Positions 47,720 through 58,464 are shown, counted from the first letter of the stretch. The stretch is DNA of 64,000 bases from Candidatus Poribacteria bacterium (GCA_963663765.2 CAXXUA010000003.1:288001-352000); one strand, 5' to 3'. Numbers and translations are program-made. Notes: generated by a model not told the origin, from the letters alone.

Positions 47720-47819
47720 GTGTATACTGTACACACTCGTGACAAATTCACTTGTTTTTTCACTCAGAATTAAGTATACTTTAACCCAATAAAATACTAA
47801 GAATAATTGAAGGAATTCA

Positions 47820-48569
47820 ATGCACTCAATTGACACATTACGATTAAAAGAACTACCAAAAGATGAACGTCCCAGAGAACGACTTTACAAACACGGTCCC
47901 TCACACCTAAAAACTTCAGAATTAATCGCACTTATTCTAAAAAGCGGTTACAAAGGCACTACGGCTATACAACTCGGTGAACAGATACTGAATGAGTTTA
48001 ATAGCGACTTAAAACGCATGGCAGAAAACCGTCCGAAACAATTTGAATCCATTAAAGGTGTTGGTTCTGCAAAGGCGGCACAACTGGTGGCGGCATTCGA
48101 ATTGGGGCGACGTTTAGCAAGCTCACATGCGGATCGGGTAAAGATATCCTCTCCAAGTGATATTGCCGATCATTTGATGCCGCTGATGCGCGACCTCCAA
48201 AAGGAAGTTGTTTGTGTCATGTGTCTTGACACCAAAGGTGGCATAACAACACGAGGTATTGCAGGAGATGTTGATAACGAAATTCAGTGGGGTAGAAAAC
48301 TTCTCGCTGAGAAGACGGTGTTTGAAGGCACTTTAAATGCCAGTGTTTTTCATCCGAGAGAGATTTTTCGGTTTGCTATTGAGGAGTCCGCTAACTCTAT
48401 TGTGCTTGCTCACAACCATCCTTCGGGTGACCCACAGCCGAGTAAAGAGGACATCCGCGCTACCAAGCAATTGATTGAGGCAGGCAACTATGTCGGTATT
48501 AAAGTGTTAGACCACATTATCATTGGGGACGGTATCTTTTATAGCCTAAAAGAGGAAGGCGTTATTTAG
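47820..48569 (+). CDS. radC: RadC/JAB-domain protein
   Basis: ERPRERL, ELIALIL, IKGVG.AKA.QL.AA.ELGRR, HPREIF, AHNHPSGDP.PS.ED, VLDHIIIG. Confidence 0.95.
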   Translation: MHSIDTLRLKELPKDERPRERLYKHGPSHLKTSELIALILKSGYKGTTAIQLGEQILNEFNSDLKRMAENRPKQFESIKGVGSAKAAQLVAAFELGRRLASSHADRVKISSPSDIADHLMPLMRDLQKEVVCVMCLDTKGGITTRGIAGDVDNEIQWGRKLLAEKTVFEGTLNASVFHPREIFRFAIEESANSIVLAHNHPSGDPQPSKEDIRATKQLIEAGNYVGIKVLDHIIIGDGIFYSLKEEGVI

Positions 48570-49299
48570 CATTACGTTGTCTGAGAACTTCGTATAACAA
48601 CACACCTGCCGTAACAGATACGTTCAGTGAAGGAATTTGTCCTAACATTGGAAGATGCACGAGAAAATCGCATTTTTGCTTGACAAGTCTACGAATACCC
48701 TCACCCTCATTTCCCAAAACGATGCACAACGGTACTGTAAAGTCAACAGCAGTATAGGATAGTTCTGCATCCTCAGTTGTTCCAACAACCCACATACCAA
48801 CCGATTTTAGTTTTTCAATGGTTTGCGCAAGATTAGCCACTTTGGTAATCGGTGTATATGCTGTGCTACCCGCAGAGGCTTTGTGAACTGCAGTTGTAAC
48901 TTCTACGGAGTTGTTTTTCGGTATTATCACACCGTCTACATTCGTTGCATTTGCAGTGCGAAGGATTGCACCTAAATTTCTCGGATCTTGAACCTGATCT
49001 AACATGATCAATACAGCAGGAACATCCTTTTTATTTTGAATGTTTTCCAGCAGAATAGATAATTCTGTATATCGGAATGGATTTACGTAAGCGATGACAC
49101 CTTGATTGTTCGCATGGAGTCTGTCTAAATGATGTTTAGGACATCGTTGATAGGGAATCTTATTTCGTTTCGCAGCATGAATTATTTCACGAAGACGTGG
49201 ATGTTTGTTGTCTTGAACGATCAAAATTTCTTCTATCTGGTGCGTTCCACTCCAGATTGCTTCTATCACCGGATTCCTGCCAACGATTAGTTCCGACAT
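48562..49299 (-). CDS. rlmB: 23S rRNA Gm2251 2'-O-methyltransferase
   Basis: GRNPV.EA, QGVIA, LD.VQDPRNLGAILR, GNEGEG, LPM.G...SLNVSV. Confidence 0.93.
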   Translation of the reverse strand: MSELIVGRNPVIEAIWSGTHQIEEILIVQDNKHPRLREIIHAAKRNKIPYQRCPKHHLDRLHANNQGVIAYVNPFRYTELSILLENIQNKKDVPAVLIMLDQVQDPRNLGAILRTANATNVDGVIIPKNNSVEVTTAVHKASAGSTAYTPITKVANLAQTIEKLKSVGMWVVGTTEDAELSYTAVDFTVPLCIVLGNEGEGIRRLVKQKCDFLVHLPMLGQIPSLNVSVTAGVLLYEVLRQRNAK

Positions 49300-49350
49300 A
49301 CAGATTCCTCTTTAGAAGCATAGACAAAGGTGCATCTTTCCTCAACGCAA

Positions 49351-49590
49351 TTAATCTCCACGGACAAATTTGACATCTGGTCCGCGCGGTGTAATCTTGA
49401 TATCAGGATCGTTCTCTTGACATTGAACACAAGTGGCAGCACCGACATTTGCGTTTTCCATGCGGGGTGCAAGTTTTCCTAATTTGAATGTAAATTTCAT
49501 CATTTCATCCGCAGGTATTGTACCATCGCAGTTGTCACAAGGAATTGCTTCACCTGCTTTGAGTTTATCTAATAGTTCTGATGCTTTCAT
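49351..49590 (-). CDS. Small two-CxxC (putative Zn-binding) protein
   Basis: CDNC...CVQC, AAAGGAG RBS, co-oriented between iolD and rlmB. Confidence 0.7.
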   Translation of the reverse strand: MKASELLDKLKAGEAIPCDNCDGTIPADEMMKFTFKLGKLAPRMENANVGAATCVQCQENDPDIKITPRGPDVKFVRGD

Positions 49591-49676
49591 AACGTTAAGT
49601 TCTCCTTTCATAAAACAATTTTAACTAATGCCTAATAGTAAGGTGTTGATTTTTCTAAATCACGGTTTCTTTGAAT

Positions 49677-51545
49677 CTACCCGAGAAAATACCGTTCTTT
49701 CTGTTTCGCTTTTTTATATTCTTGATATGCCTGTTTTGCAGTGTCTACCTCTGAAACTTCTGCGACAGGCACGTCCCACCAAGATTCGTATTGGGGGACT
49801 CTCGTGTCAAAATCAACGTTAATTTTGACGACAGTCGTTTTATCAGCTTCCCGAGCATCTTGCAATGCAAGTTTGAGAGCATGCGGTGTTGATACTTCAA
49901 TTACATTTGCCCCAAGACTTTTGGCGTTTGCTGCAAGGTCAACAGGTAATATTTCGCCTTGTAGTTGTCCAGTGTCGTCATCCCGATATTTGAAACGTGT
50001 CGCAAACCCTTGTGCTCCCGTTGCCTCCGACAATCCACCAATACTGCTATGTCCATCATTATTGATAAGCACAATAATCAACTTATAACCTTCCTGAATT
50101 GAGGTAATGATTTCTTGTGCTAACATCAGATATGACCCGTCGCCAACAAGGACATAAACATCGCGTGTTGGATCAGCAATTTTTATGCCTAATCCACCTG
50201 CAATTTCATATCCCATGCAGGAGTACCCATATTCTAAATGAAATTGTTTTGGATTGCGTGATCGCCATAACTTATGTAGGTCACTGGGAAGACTTCCTGC
50301 CGCACAAACAACAACATCTTCAGGACGAGAAAACTCGTTGACTACACCAATAACTTCACTCTGACTCGGTAGTGGTTTATTGTCAAGGTGAAATAGACGT
50401 TCTACTTCCTCTTCCCAAGCATCTATATATTTTTCAATCTGGGCTGCGTATTCTGTCCCAATTTGATATTCCCCAATTGCTTCCGATAACTCAGAGAGTG
50501 TGACACGAGCATCGGCAACTAACGGGAGCGCAGCATGTTTCGCAGCATCAAATTCAGCGATATTGATATTGACAAAGCGAACATTTGGATTTTGAAAGGC
50601 GGTTTTGGAAGCAGTTGTGAAGTCGCTCAAACGAGTTCCGATGGCGATGACTAAGTCTGCTTCACGCGCAACGATATTTGCACCGGGTGTGCCGGTTGCT
50701 CCAATTGCGCCAAGGTTCTGCGGATGGTCATGCCTTAATGAACCTTTACCGGCAAAAGTTTCACCGACAGGGATACCAGTTTGCTCTACAAATTTTGCAA
50801 GTTGTACTGTCGCTTCACTATAGATTACACCACCACCTGCGATGATTAAGGGACGTTCACTTTTTGAAATCCAATCTACTGCTGTTTTGAGAAGACGCAC
50901 ATCAGCGCGTGGTCTTGGAATAGTATAGACACGTTTTTCAAATAAGCGTGCTGAATATTCATAAGCTTCTGCTTGTACATCTTGGGGTAAAGCCAATGTC
51001 ACGGTGCCAGTTTCCGCTTGTGAAGTGAGCACACGCATCGCTTCGGGTAGTGCAGTGATGATCTGTTCAGGTCGGTTGATCCTGTCCCAGTATTTAGAAA
51101 TAGGTTTGAAACAGTCATTGACAGAGAAATCTTGTGATTCGGGAGATTCTAACTGCTGCAAAACAGGTGCAACTAAACGCGTAGAGAAAATATCCCCTGG
51201 TAATAGCAGCACGGGGAGTCTGTTAATTGTGGCTCCTGCAGCACCTGTTAGCATGTTGGTCGCGCCGGGGCCAATGGAGGATGTGCAAGCAAAGGTACTG
51301 AGGCGGTTACACATCTTTGCATAAGCAGCGGCAGTGTGTACCATAGACTGTTCATTACGCGTCTGGTAAAATCTGAATTCGTCCGAGTATTGGTGCAGTG
51401 CTTGACCAATTCCCGCTACATTTCCATGCCCAAAGATACCGAACATACCCGCAAAGAATGCCCTTTCAATTCCATCTCGTTCAACATACTGGTTTTTAAG
51501 AAATTGGACTATGGCTTGTCCCATTGTTAGTTTTCGGTTTTGCAT
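49677..51545 (-). CDS. iolD: 3D-(3,5/4)-trihydroxycyclohexane-1,2-dione acylhydrolase
   Basis: IFGHGNVAGIGQAL, RNEQ.M.H.A, PVLQQLE, NDCFKP.S.YWDRI, EYGYSCMGYE, WWDVPVAEVS. Confidence 0.96.
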   Translation of the reverse strand: MQNRKLTMGQAIVQFLKNQYVERDGIERAFFAGMFGIFGHGNVAGIGQALHQYSDEFRFYQTRNEQSMVHTAAAYAKMCNRLSTFACTSSIGPGATNMLTGAAGATINRLPVLLLPGDIFSTRLVAPVLQQLESPESQDFSVNDCFKPISKYWDRINRPEQIITALPEAMRVLTSQAETGTVTLALPQDVQAEAYEYSARLFEKRVYTIPRPRADVRLLKTAVDWISKSERPLIIAGGGVIYSEATVQLAKFVEQTGIPVGETFAGKGSLRHDHPQNLGAIGATGTPGANIVAREADLVIAIGTRLSDFTTASKTAFQNPNVRFVNINIAEFDAAKHAALPLVADARVTLSELSEAIGEYQIGTEYAAQIEKYIDAWEEEVERLFHLDNKPLPSQSEVIGVVNEFSRPEDVVVCAAGSLPSDLHKLWRSRNPKQFHLEYGYSCMGYEIAGGLGIKIADPTRDVYVLVGDGSYLMLAQEIITSIQEGYKLIIVLINNDGHSSIGGLSEATGAQGFATRFKYRDDDTGQLQGEILPVDLAANAKSLGANVIEVSTPHALKLALQDAREADKTTVVKINVDFDTRVPQYESWWDVPVAEVSEVDTAKQAYQEYKKAKQKERYFLG

Positions 51546-51585
51546 TTTAATAACTCCTATCGTTGTATCCATTTAGAACTCCCCC

Positions 51586-52899
51586 TTATTTTAAAATAAA
51601 ATTTCCTTTTTCATCAAATGCAGGTATTACTCGCGCATCTACTAAACCAAATTTGGCATACACATCTCTAACTAAACCGTAAGCTACATGGTCGGGGTTA
51701 AAATTGTATCCAGCCCATTGTACGGAATGAATAGGAGACTTATCTTCGTACACACCTCTTTCATCCAAGAAGGCACCAAACGTAGGATAGGTAGGTGGTC
51801 CCTCTGGCAACGCATAACCTGTGATATTATGGTAGTTTTGTTGTACGAAAACGTCAGAATTAATGCCAGACTCGTCGTATACCGCTTTCACCAATCGCAT
51901 GAATGAGACGGGGAACTCAATCACTACATACGGATACAACCATTTTACAGAATTAGGTATTGCGAATTGTGGGGAACCCCATCCCCTGATAAACTGGGTC
52001 TTAATAGGACATTGTACTTCAAAATATCCATCATTCAATAGGGTAATTTTACCGCCAGTTATATTGCTCCCTTCTATACCATCTTTCGTATGATACACTC
52101 CACGTTGCAATAAACCTGTAACACCAAATCCAGCAAAACGCTTATCTGGGGGTTTATACAATACATTAAGTATACGAGGATCATCAGTAGATACAGCGTT
52201 CCGAGTGGATTCTTCTGGTGACGCAAAGATTCTATAATAGGGTAGGTCGGATATTTTTTCAACAAAAGCGTTATATCTTGACGTATGTGAATTCATTCAG
52301 TTTCTCCAGCGTCCTTCACAAGAGTTGTTATTTGACTTTCAATTCTGTCCAACAGTTCCCTAAAGTCATCCATGGATGGCAGATGGTGCCGTGCTATAAG
52401 TTCAGGAATGAACTCCTCCATCTGAAATTCTTTTGTGCCATCTGCATACCGTTTCACAAAGTTGAGTGTGCCATTTTTCAAATAAAACCATGAGGACGAA
52501 TTTCACTAAAGGGAATATGAATGATAATAAGGTTATCCACTTGATTCTGCCATCTTAATTTTCGTGATGTTACCTCTAATTTGGCAATACGTGGAACTAT
52601 ATATTGATGACAAATATCATGGATGCTTTCAGCTTCTCTTTCTGCCTGATGGATGTTAAAAAATCTTTGTGCGATTTTGTCTTCTTCCTGTATGCCAATA
52701 ACGATATATCCTCCATCAGCATTGGCCATTGCAGTAACATCTTTGCATATCTCATGTCTACGTTCTTCGGTTTTTGTGTTGTCTCTGGGTATTGCCTCTG
52801 CTTGAAATCAATCCATAAATTTTCTTCTTGATCATTATCAAGTAAATTTATTAAATCTTGGTCAGTAATTTCAGATATAGGTTTATGTTCAAATATCAT
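51586..52899 (-). pseudogene. Schlafen/AlbA_2 domain protein split over four ORFs
   Basis: EENLWIDFK, then a frameshift near 52773, then EICKDVTAMANADGGYIVIGIQE...VPRI...IIHIP.S..RPH, then a frameshift near 52478, then FVKRY. The C-terminal ORF 51586-52296 overlaps by ATGA. Confidence 0.75.
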
Positions 52900-52928
52900 A
52901 TTTTTTTGCATGTTCTAATGAATGTCTA

Positions 52929-53939
52929 CTATAGTTCACCGCGTTCTGCGATAAAAGCATTAACTTCTGCCATCGTAGGCATAAAGTTAGCACATCCGTG
53001 CCGTGTGACGACAATTGCACCAGTAGCATTACCGAGTCGCGCAGATTTTTTCCAACCCCACTGATTTAACATCCCGTAGATAAAGCCACTTGCAAACGCA
53101 TCTCCTGCCCCCAACGTATTATAGATTTCAACAGGAAAAGGTGGTGCGTGAACGACTTCCTCACTGTTTAAATAAATGTCCGCGCCATCACTGCCACGTT
53201 TTACAACCAACGCTTCCGGTCCTAAATTGAGTATCGTTGCAATGGCAGCTTTCATATCACCTTCAATGTTCGGGTTTGAGATTTGCGAATGTTCTATTGA
53301 CATTTGTGAAATATCTGTGAGGGATGCTGCCTTGATCTCCTCTTCTGTTCCGATAGCAATGTTGACGTTGCGCAACGCAGAACGGATACTCACGCCGTAA
53401 GCACGGGGGTCATGCCACTGGTCAACGCGAAAATCCAAATCCAGAAAAACAAGACATCCCATCACTTGTGCTTGTTCCGCAGCATAGACCGTTGCACTCC
53501 GACTCGGTTCTTTGCTGAGCCCTGTTCCGGATATCAGCACGGCACGGGTTTCCGCAATCGGTGAAGAAGTGACATCATCAATGGTGAGTTCAATGTCTGC
53601 ACAGTTATCACGGTAATAGATGAGTGGAAATTTATCAGGAGGTTCAATCCCAAGAACGACAGCACTTGTACGATGTTCCGGTTTATGTACGATGAATTGG
53701 GTTTCAACACCTTCATCATTCAGAAATTTGAGCAGAAACTCTCCAACAGGATCTTCTCCTATCGCTGTAAGAAGGACAGACCGAAGTCCGAGCCGTCGTG
53801 TACCTACACTGATGTTCGTAGGACACCCTCCAACAAACGCACCAAAACTCGTAATCTCAGGGAATGAACTTCCAATATCATTGGAGTATAGGTCTATGGA
53901 ACTCCGACCTATTGCAAGAATATCATATTTTTTAGTCAT
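52929..53939 (-). CDS. iolC: 5-dehydro-2-deoxygluconokinase
   Basis: IGRSSIDLY, VGGCPTNI.VG..RLG, PPD.FPL.YYR.NCAD, DLDFR..W, GAGDAFASG, MPT. Lies next to iolD. Confidence 0.95.
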   Translation of the reverse strand: MTKKYDILAIGRSSIDLYSNDIGSSFPEITSFGAFVGGCPTNISVGTRRLGLRSVLLTAIGEDPVGEFLLKFLNDEGVETQFIVHKPEHRTSAVVLGIEPPDKFPLIYYRDNCADIELTIDDVTSSPIAETRAVLISGTGLSKEPSRSATVYAAEQAQVMGCLVFLDLDFRVDQWHDPRAYGVSIRSALRNVNIAIGTEEEIKAASLTDISQMSIEHSQISNPNIEGDMKAAIATILNLGPEALVVKRGSDGADIYLNSEEVVHAPPFPVEIYNTLGAGDAFASGFIYGMLNQWGWKKSARLGNATGAIVVTRHGCANFMPTMAEVNAFIAERGEL

Positions 53940-53955
53940 ATTCAACTATAATTCT

Positions 53956-54100
53956 CTGACAGACACCAAGTCTAAAAGTAGGGGATTCTTAGCATCTCAA
54001 GGTTGCTTCCTCTGGATTTAAGTCAAGTGACTGATATGCCAGTTAAATTTGACCCTGTGGGGATTCCTATACCGACTATTGGGTGAAAAAGCAACCTTGA
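53956..54100 (-). mobile_element. IS200/IS605-type right-end remnant (omegaRNA/PATE-like)
   Basis: On the - strand a 12-bp stem TCAAGGTTGCTT/AAGCAACCTTGA is followed by AAGAATCCCCTACTTTTAGACTTGGTGTCTGTCAG. This resembles IS605 right ends (GAATCCCC..TTTAG..GTCAA). Confidence 0.5.
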
Positions 54101-54416
54101 TACTTTAAAATGGTTAACGATGATAACCGAAAAGCGTGACAAAAAAGCAAATTTGGTTATTGACATTGCCCCGCGTTTCTGCTAATGTAATACAAACAAA
54201 AACAAAGGATCTCACACTATGTCAAATAATCTTTAATACTATCTATGTCGTTTTCAATCATTGGAATAGGTATCGGCATATCCATCGTCAACTGGACAAA
54301 CGCGGAGGATAACGCTGATTCCATTGCGGAATATGTAAAAGTTGAAGAGTTGCCACAATACACTAAATAAATAGATTCACCAATAAACGAGGTTGAACCA
54401 ACCATTACCTCTATAA

Positions 54417-56951
54417 ATGATGCGTAACATCCTATTTCTTTTTCTTGCCCAAACCCGATCTTTCTGGCAAGCCAGAGTTACTTTCTCGCGTATTGTATTT
54501 TTCCTCTTTCGATGGATTTTTGAAATAAGAGATTGGATGCGAGATACAAGTACGGCAACGAAATCTTTACTGGACTTATTCTGGGTTATACTTGCTCGTA
54601 TAGTCTTGGCGTTCCTCGTGGTTGCAGGCCTGCAAATCACTAATCCTTCTGTCATCGAATTTATTAAGGAAAAAGGTATTCCTATCTCTACAGGAAGTAA
54701 TTATGGAACGTTAATTACTGCTTTTGTTGGTGCAGGGGGCGTGTTTATAGGTCTTTACTACGCTATCATTAGTACTATAGGCAGCTCTATCTATTCAAAG
54801 ATGCCCAATGACATACGAGACTTGTTGATTAAGGAACAACTCGGTAATGCTTACATGCGATTAATGGCTTGGCTTACCTTTGTTGGCTTATGTTTACTTG
54901 CTTTGCATACTATAGGATTAGAACCTATTATACTGGTAATGCCGCTGCTTTTACCGAGTGCTGGATTGATGATTATTGGATTCGTTCAATTAGGCGCGCG
55001 CGCATTCTATTTATTTGACCCAACAACACTATCTGGTGGTCTCTTGAGACAGGTACAGCAAGGCTATAAGCAGGTAAAAGCAGGCGGTTATCGCTGGTCA
55101 GACCCATCGTTCCAGAAGGGTGCTTATAATAAGGCACAAAATGCTATAAATTCGCTTACTATGATGTCTGAAATGGTAGCTGAAGAAACGCACTTAAAAG
55201 TCCATCCTTTCGCAGGTTTCTGCAGGAATTTGCTGTCATTTCTCACTCGTTATGAAGTTGTAAAAAAATCGATTCCTACTGATAGTTTATGGTACGCTAA
55301 GCAACAAGTCCATCCAGACTGGTATAGGACAGATGACATGGTAACATCTATGGCATATGAGACAGGTTCTGGACTAAGTCCGGATTCCGTAAGCAATACA
55401 AGATGGATTGAATCTGCAGTGTTGCCAATTGTGCAACATTGCTTAGAAATCAACTGTAAAGAAAAACGTTATGTCATCGTCAACGACCTCCTTAGTTCTC
55501 TCAACGCTTATATCCAGAGACTATCAGCAGAACATCAAGTTGAATATGCACTTGACTTGATAAGTAAAGTTTCCTCATGGTGTGAGGAACTTATATTTTC
55601 CGAAACCGATGAGATGATTACAGATGAACCCTTGGAACATATGCAAATTTGTCAAATGTTATCAATGTTGCCAATCAACGCCCTACTTGCATATTCATCC
55701 TCTATCAAAGACTATGACCGGAATAAGATACGCCAGCGCATTCGTCGTATTAAATGGAAATCCAAAAAGTCAATATACAGAATGGGGTTTGGTGTACATA
55801 TTCTACCGAGGTTGGAATGGATGAGATCGTTACTTATATACGAGGAAAGAATTGAACGACAATTAGTCAGCCCACCGTGGTATCTTCAAGAACTAATAAC
55901 ACAACAAGAAGTAGAAAACCTTCAGAATGTTATGATTTGTTTCTTTGAAAAAGCATGTACACTATACAAGCAGTGGATAGAAACATCTACGCAGCATCCA
56001 TGGCTGAAGGGTGTTATTATATCTAAAGAGTTAGAATATTGGATAAAGATTGATTACCACTTGAATATCCTGACACCAATTTGGAATGATTTAAATTCTG
56101 ATCGGCGGATTGAAGACCTCCCTTGGGCAAGTTTGAAAATTGATGAGTTGGAAGAAAAATACCGCCAGCGGGATAAGGAACTGTTAGAACTTATGTCTGA
56201 AGAAAGTGTCCTACTTTCTTTTGTATCAAGGCCAGAGTCGTATCCAGACTATGCAGGACAATTTCTGCACACGGTTGGTGAAGCATTATTCTCTGCTATG
56301 TGTGAGAATGATTGCGATACAGTTGAGACACTCTTCAAACGTTACTTTAAAGGATGCCTACTACAGTATAATAACTTGCGTCCTAATGAAGCAAGAACGG
56401 ACTGGGAAACCTTAAATAATTTAAAAATCGCTGCAGCTCCCATCTTGGATTTGATGGACATTAGTGGCTACGCGTATCTGTTCTCAGACTTACATGAAAC
56501 ACCAGAACTGAAAAACTCAATATTAACGACATGGAATACCCATTTTAGTTCAGAAACTAATCAACAACTTCTCCCATTTCTTGCGGCAGCGGTCGCGCTC
56601 AGCGAAGCTGATTTTGAGATAGGACATCGTAGCACGCTTAGAATTGGATGGAAACGAAACATACAGAGACTGCTTACAAATATAGAACGTGAAGAAGCTG
56701 GATCTGAGACTGGAGTTCCCTTTTTCCTTAATGACATCTACACTGTTCCGGTACATGATAGTCCGCTTGTGAGGGTATTCGCAAAATTCCTTGACATTTT
56801 ATCTTACGATGGAATAGATGTCTTTATCGAAAAATATGTACGCAACCGAGAAGATGGAGAAAACTTAGATTTCGGTAGACCTCAGCATAGAGATCTTAGT
56901 GAAGCAATAAGAAGAGAGGAAGAACGCACTATGGAGTATGAAGAATCATGA
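54417..56951 (+). CDS. Large hypothetical membrane protein (N-terminal ~4 TM, DUF2254-like, plus long helical domain)
   Basis: Hydrophobic helices at about aa 50-195 followed by ~650 aa of soluble sequence. No catalytic motif recognised. Confidence 0.75.
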   Translation: MMRNILFLFLAQTRSFWQARVTFSRIVFFLFRWIFEIRDWMRDTSTATKSLLDLFWVILARIVLAFLVVAGLQITNPSVIEFIKEKGIPISTGSNYGTLITAFVGAGGVFIGLYYAIISTIGSSIYSKMPNDIRDLLIKEQLGNAYMRLMAWLTFVGLCLLALHTIGLEPIILVMPLLLPSAGLMIIGFVQLGARAFYLFDPTTLSGGLLRQVQQGYKQVKAGGYRWSDPSFQKGAYNKAQNAINSLTMMSEMVAEETHLKVHPFAGFCRNLLSFLTRYEVVKKSIPTDSLWYAKQQVHPDWYRTDDMVTSMAYETGSGLSPDSVSNTRWIESAVLPIVQHCLEINCKEKRYVIVNDLLSSLNAYIQRLSAEHQVEYALDLISKVSSWCEELIFSETDEMITDEPLEHMQICQMLSMLPINALLAYSSSIKDYDRNKIRQRIRRIKWKSKKSIYRMGFGVHILPRLEWMRSLLIYEERIERQLVSPPWYLQELITQQEVENLQNVMICFFEKACTLYKQWIETSTQHPWLKGVIISKELEYWIKIDYHLNILTPIWNDLNSDRRIEDLPWASLKIDELEEKYRQRDKELLELMSEESVLLSFVSRPESYPDYAGQFLHTVGEALFSAMCENDCDTVETLFKRYFKGCLLQYNNLRPNEARTDWETLNNLKIAAAPILDLMDISGYAYLFSDLHETPELKNSILTTWNTHFSSETNQQLLPFLAAAVALSEADFEIGHRSTLRIGWKRNIQRLLTNIEREEAGSETGVPFFLNDIYTVPVHDSPLVRVFAKFLDILSYDGIDVFIEKYVRNREDGENLDFGRPQHRDLSEAIRREEERTMEYEES

Positions 56952-57895
56952 AAAATGAAGTCCATGAAACCTTGAGAGAACCGCGTGCTGTAGGACATTT
57001 TCCGAGTCTTAGTAGTTTAGGCGATATTAATCCAAATACGTATATGTTCATAGAAGACGTTTATACTGCAGTAATGCCGCTCCGAGGTAGATTCCCTCAA
57101 ACAGACTATTCCGTAGAGTTACAAGGCAATCCTGACGATAAATCACGGGCAACTGTGATTCTTCAATCACTTACTCGTAGAGGTGCGCACGGCAGTTCTG
57201 AGATGAGTGATTTGTTGAGTGATACAGTAAATAATATTGCCACCATTTTAGCATGGCATGGAAGAGCAGTATATGAGATAATTAGAGGAGAGAATAGTAA
57301 TAAAGCATGGAAATTGTTCAGTTTTACAGATAAGCGATTGATCCGTAGGTTTAGAAAATATATTCAAAAAATTCCTAAGGTAGACCAGAAATTATGGGGA
57401 AAAACCTATGTTGAGATCCCAAAAAAAGATATTTGGAGTATTTCAATACCGAAAGTGTTAGGAGGTCGCCGAGGTTATCGTAAATTGCTTAACAAACTCG
57501 GAAGGTTCTCTCGGTTACTTCCAAAAGTTCTAATGGATGAAATAGAAGAACAGAGGTTAACAACACGTTTCGACACCGGACTATACCGTAGAGAAATTGA
57601 ACTTTATGTAGCGAAAACCACAGCGATCTGGGGTTGGAATATGAGGTTTAGTAGTCTTAGAAATTCAACGGAACTTTATGGAATGTATAGGCTCATAACA
57701 TTGAATTGGGCGAAGGCATGTTTGCGCGAACATATTATCAACGAACTAAACCAATTGTTTCAACGACTACAAATTGAAGTAAAAATTATTGTGGGTGAAC
57801 TCCCCACAGCTCAGGAGATATTGGATACTCGAAAGAAAATGTGTGATGGCACGATCTCATTTAGAGAGGCTGCTGATGCCAGTACAGTAAAATAG
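56948..57895 (+). CDS. Hypothetical protein, translationally coupled to the upstream gene
   Basis: ATGA stop/start overlap at 56948-56951. 315 aa. Confidence 0.75.
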   Translation: MKNEVHETLREPRAVGHFPSLSSLGDINPNTYMFIEDVYTAVMPLRGRFPQTDYSVELQGNPDDKSRATVILQSLTRRGAHGSSEMSDLLSDTVNNIATILAWHGRAVYEIIRGENSNKAWKLFSFTDKRLIRRFRKYIQKIPKVDQKLWGKTYVEIPKKDIWSISIPKVLGGRRGYRKLLNKLGRFSRLLPKVLMDEIEEQRLTTRFDTGLYRREIELYVAKTTAIWGWNMRFSSLRNSTELYGMYRLITLNWAKACLREHIINELNQLFQRLQIEVKIIVGELPTAQEILDTRKKMCDGTISFREAADASTVK

Positions 57896-57973
57896 TAACA
57901 TTATTGCGTCCTATATAGGTCTGGTAAATAATAATACTGCCTAGTTGACTACCTCTTTGATTGTGTCTTAAAG

Positions 57974-58399
57974 TCAGTGCCACTTAGGCTCTGAATTCTC
58001 CTCAGGATTACGAGGAATGTTCTGCCACTCGGGGACTACATCTTCTGTAGGATCACGAGGAATGCTTCTTACTCTGATATTGGAGTGCACACCGCCACTA
58101 ACTAAATTTGCGAAATATACAAACTTGGTCGTCCAGATATAAAATGGATTAGCTCCCGGTCTTGCAGGCGGACGAACTCTTGTTTCTTGAACGTCTTCCC
58201 AAGATTCACTTTTCTTTTCCATTTCTTCCAGAATACTATTACCATAAAAAGAGAGTGCATCCCCCATAAATTCTGCGTATTCCTGCCTCTCAATCTCCTT
58301 TTCTTTAGTTGTGTCTCTCATATATTCAAGAGCATCTACATATGACGTATCTTTGGATTTTAATACTCTTGCAATCAATCGCCTTAAGAACTTAATCAT
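57974..58399 (-). CDS. Hypothetical protein
   Basis: Open frame downstream of the kinase. Start placed at MIKFL after AGGAAA. Confidence 0.55.
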   Translation of the reverse strand: MIKFLRRLIARVLKSKDTSYVDALEYMRDTTKEKEIERQEYAEFMGDALSFYGNSILEEMEKKSESWEDVQETRVRPPARPGANPFYIWTTKFVYFANLVSGGVHSNIRVRSIPRDPTEDVVPEWQNIPRNPEENSEPKWH

Positions 58400-58464
58400 A
58401 ATATTATTTCCTATAATTAACTCAAAGTATAATTGTGAAGGACAGAGCATTTTGACACAAACCC

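Noticed and set aside
47720-47734. GTGTA-N5-TACAC palindrome upstream of radC as an SOS box
   Set aside because: It is short, abuts a MITE end and was not seen at other genes in the window, so it cannot be supported.
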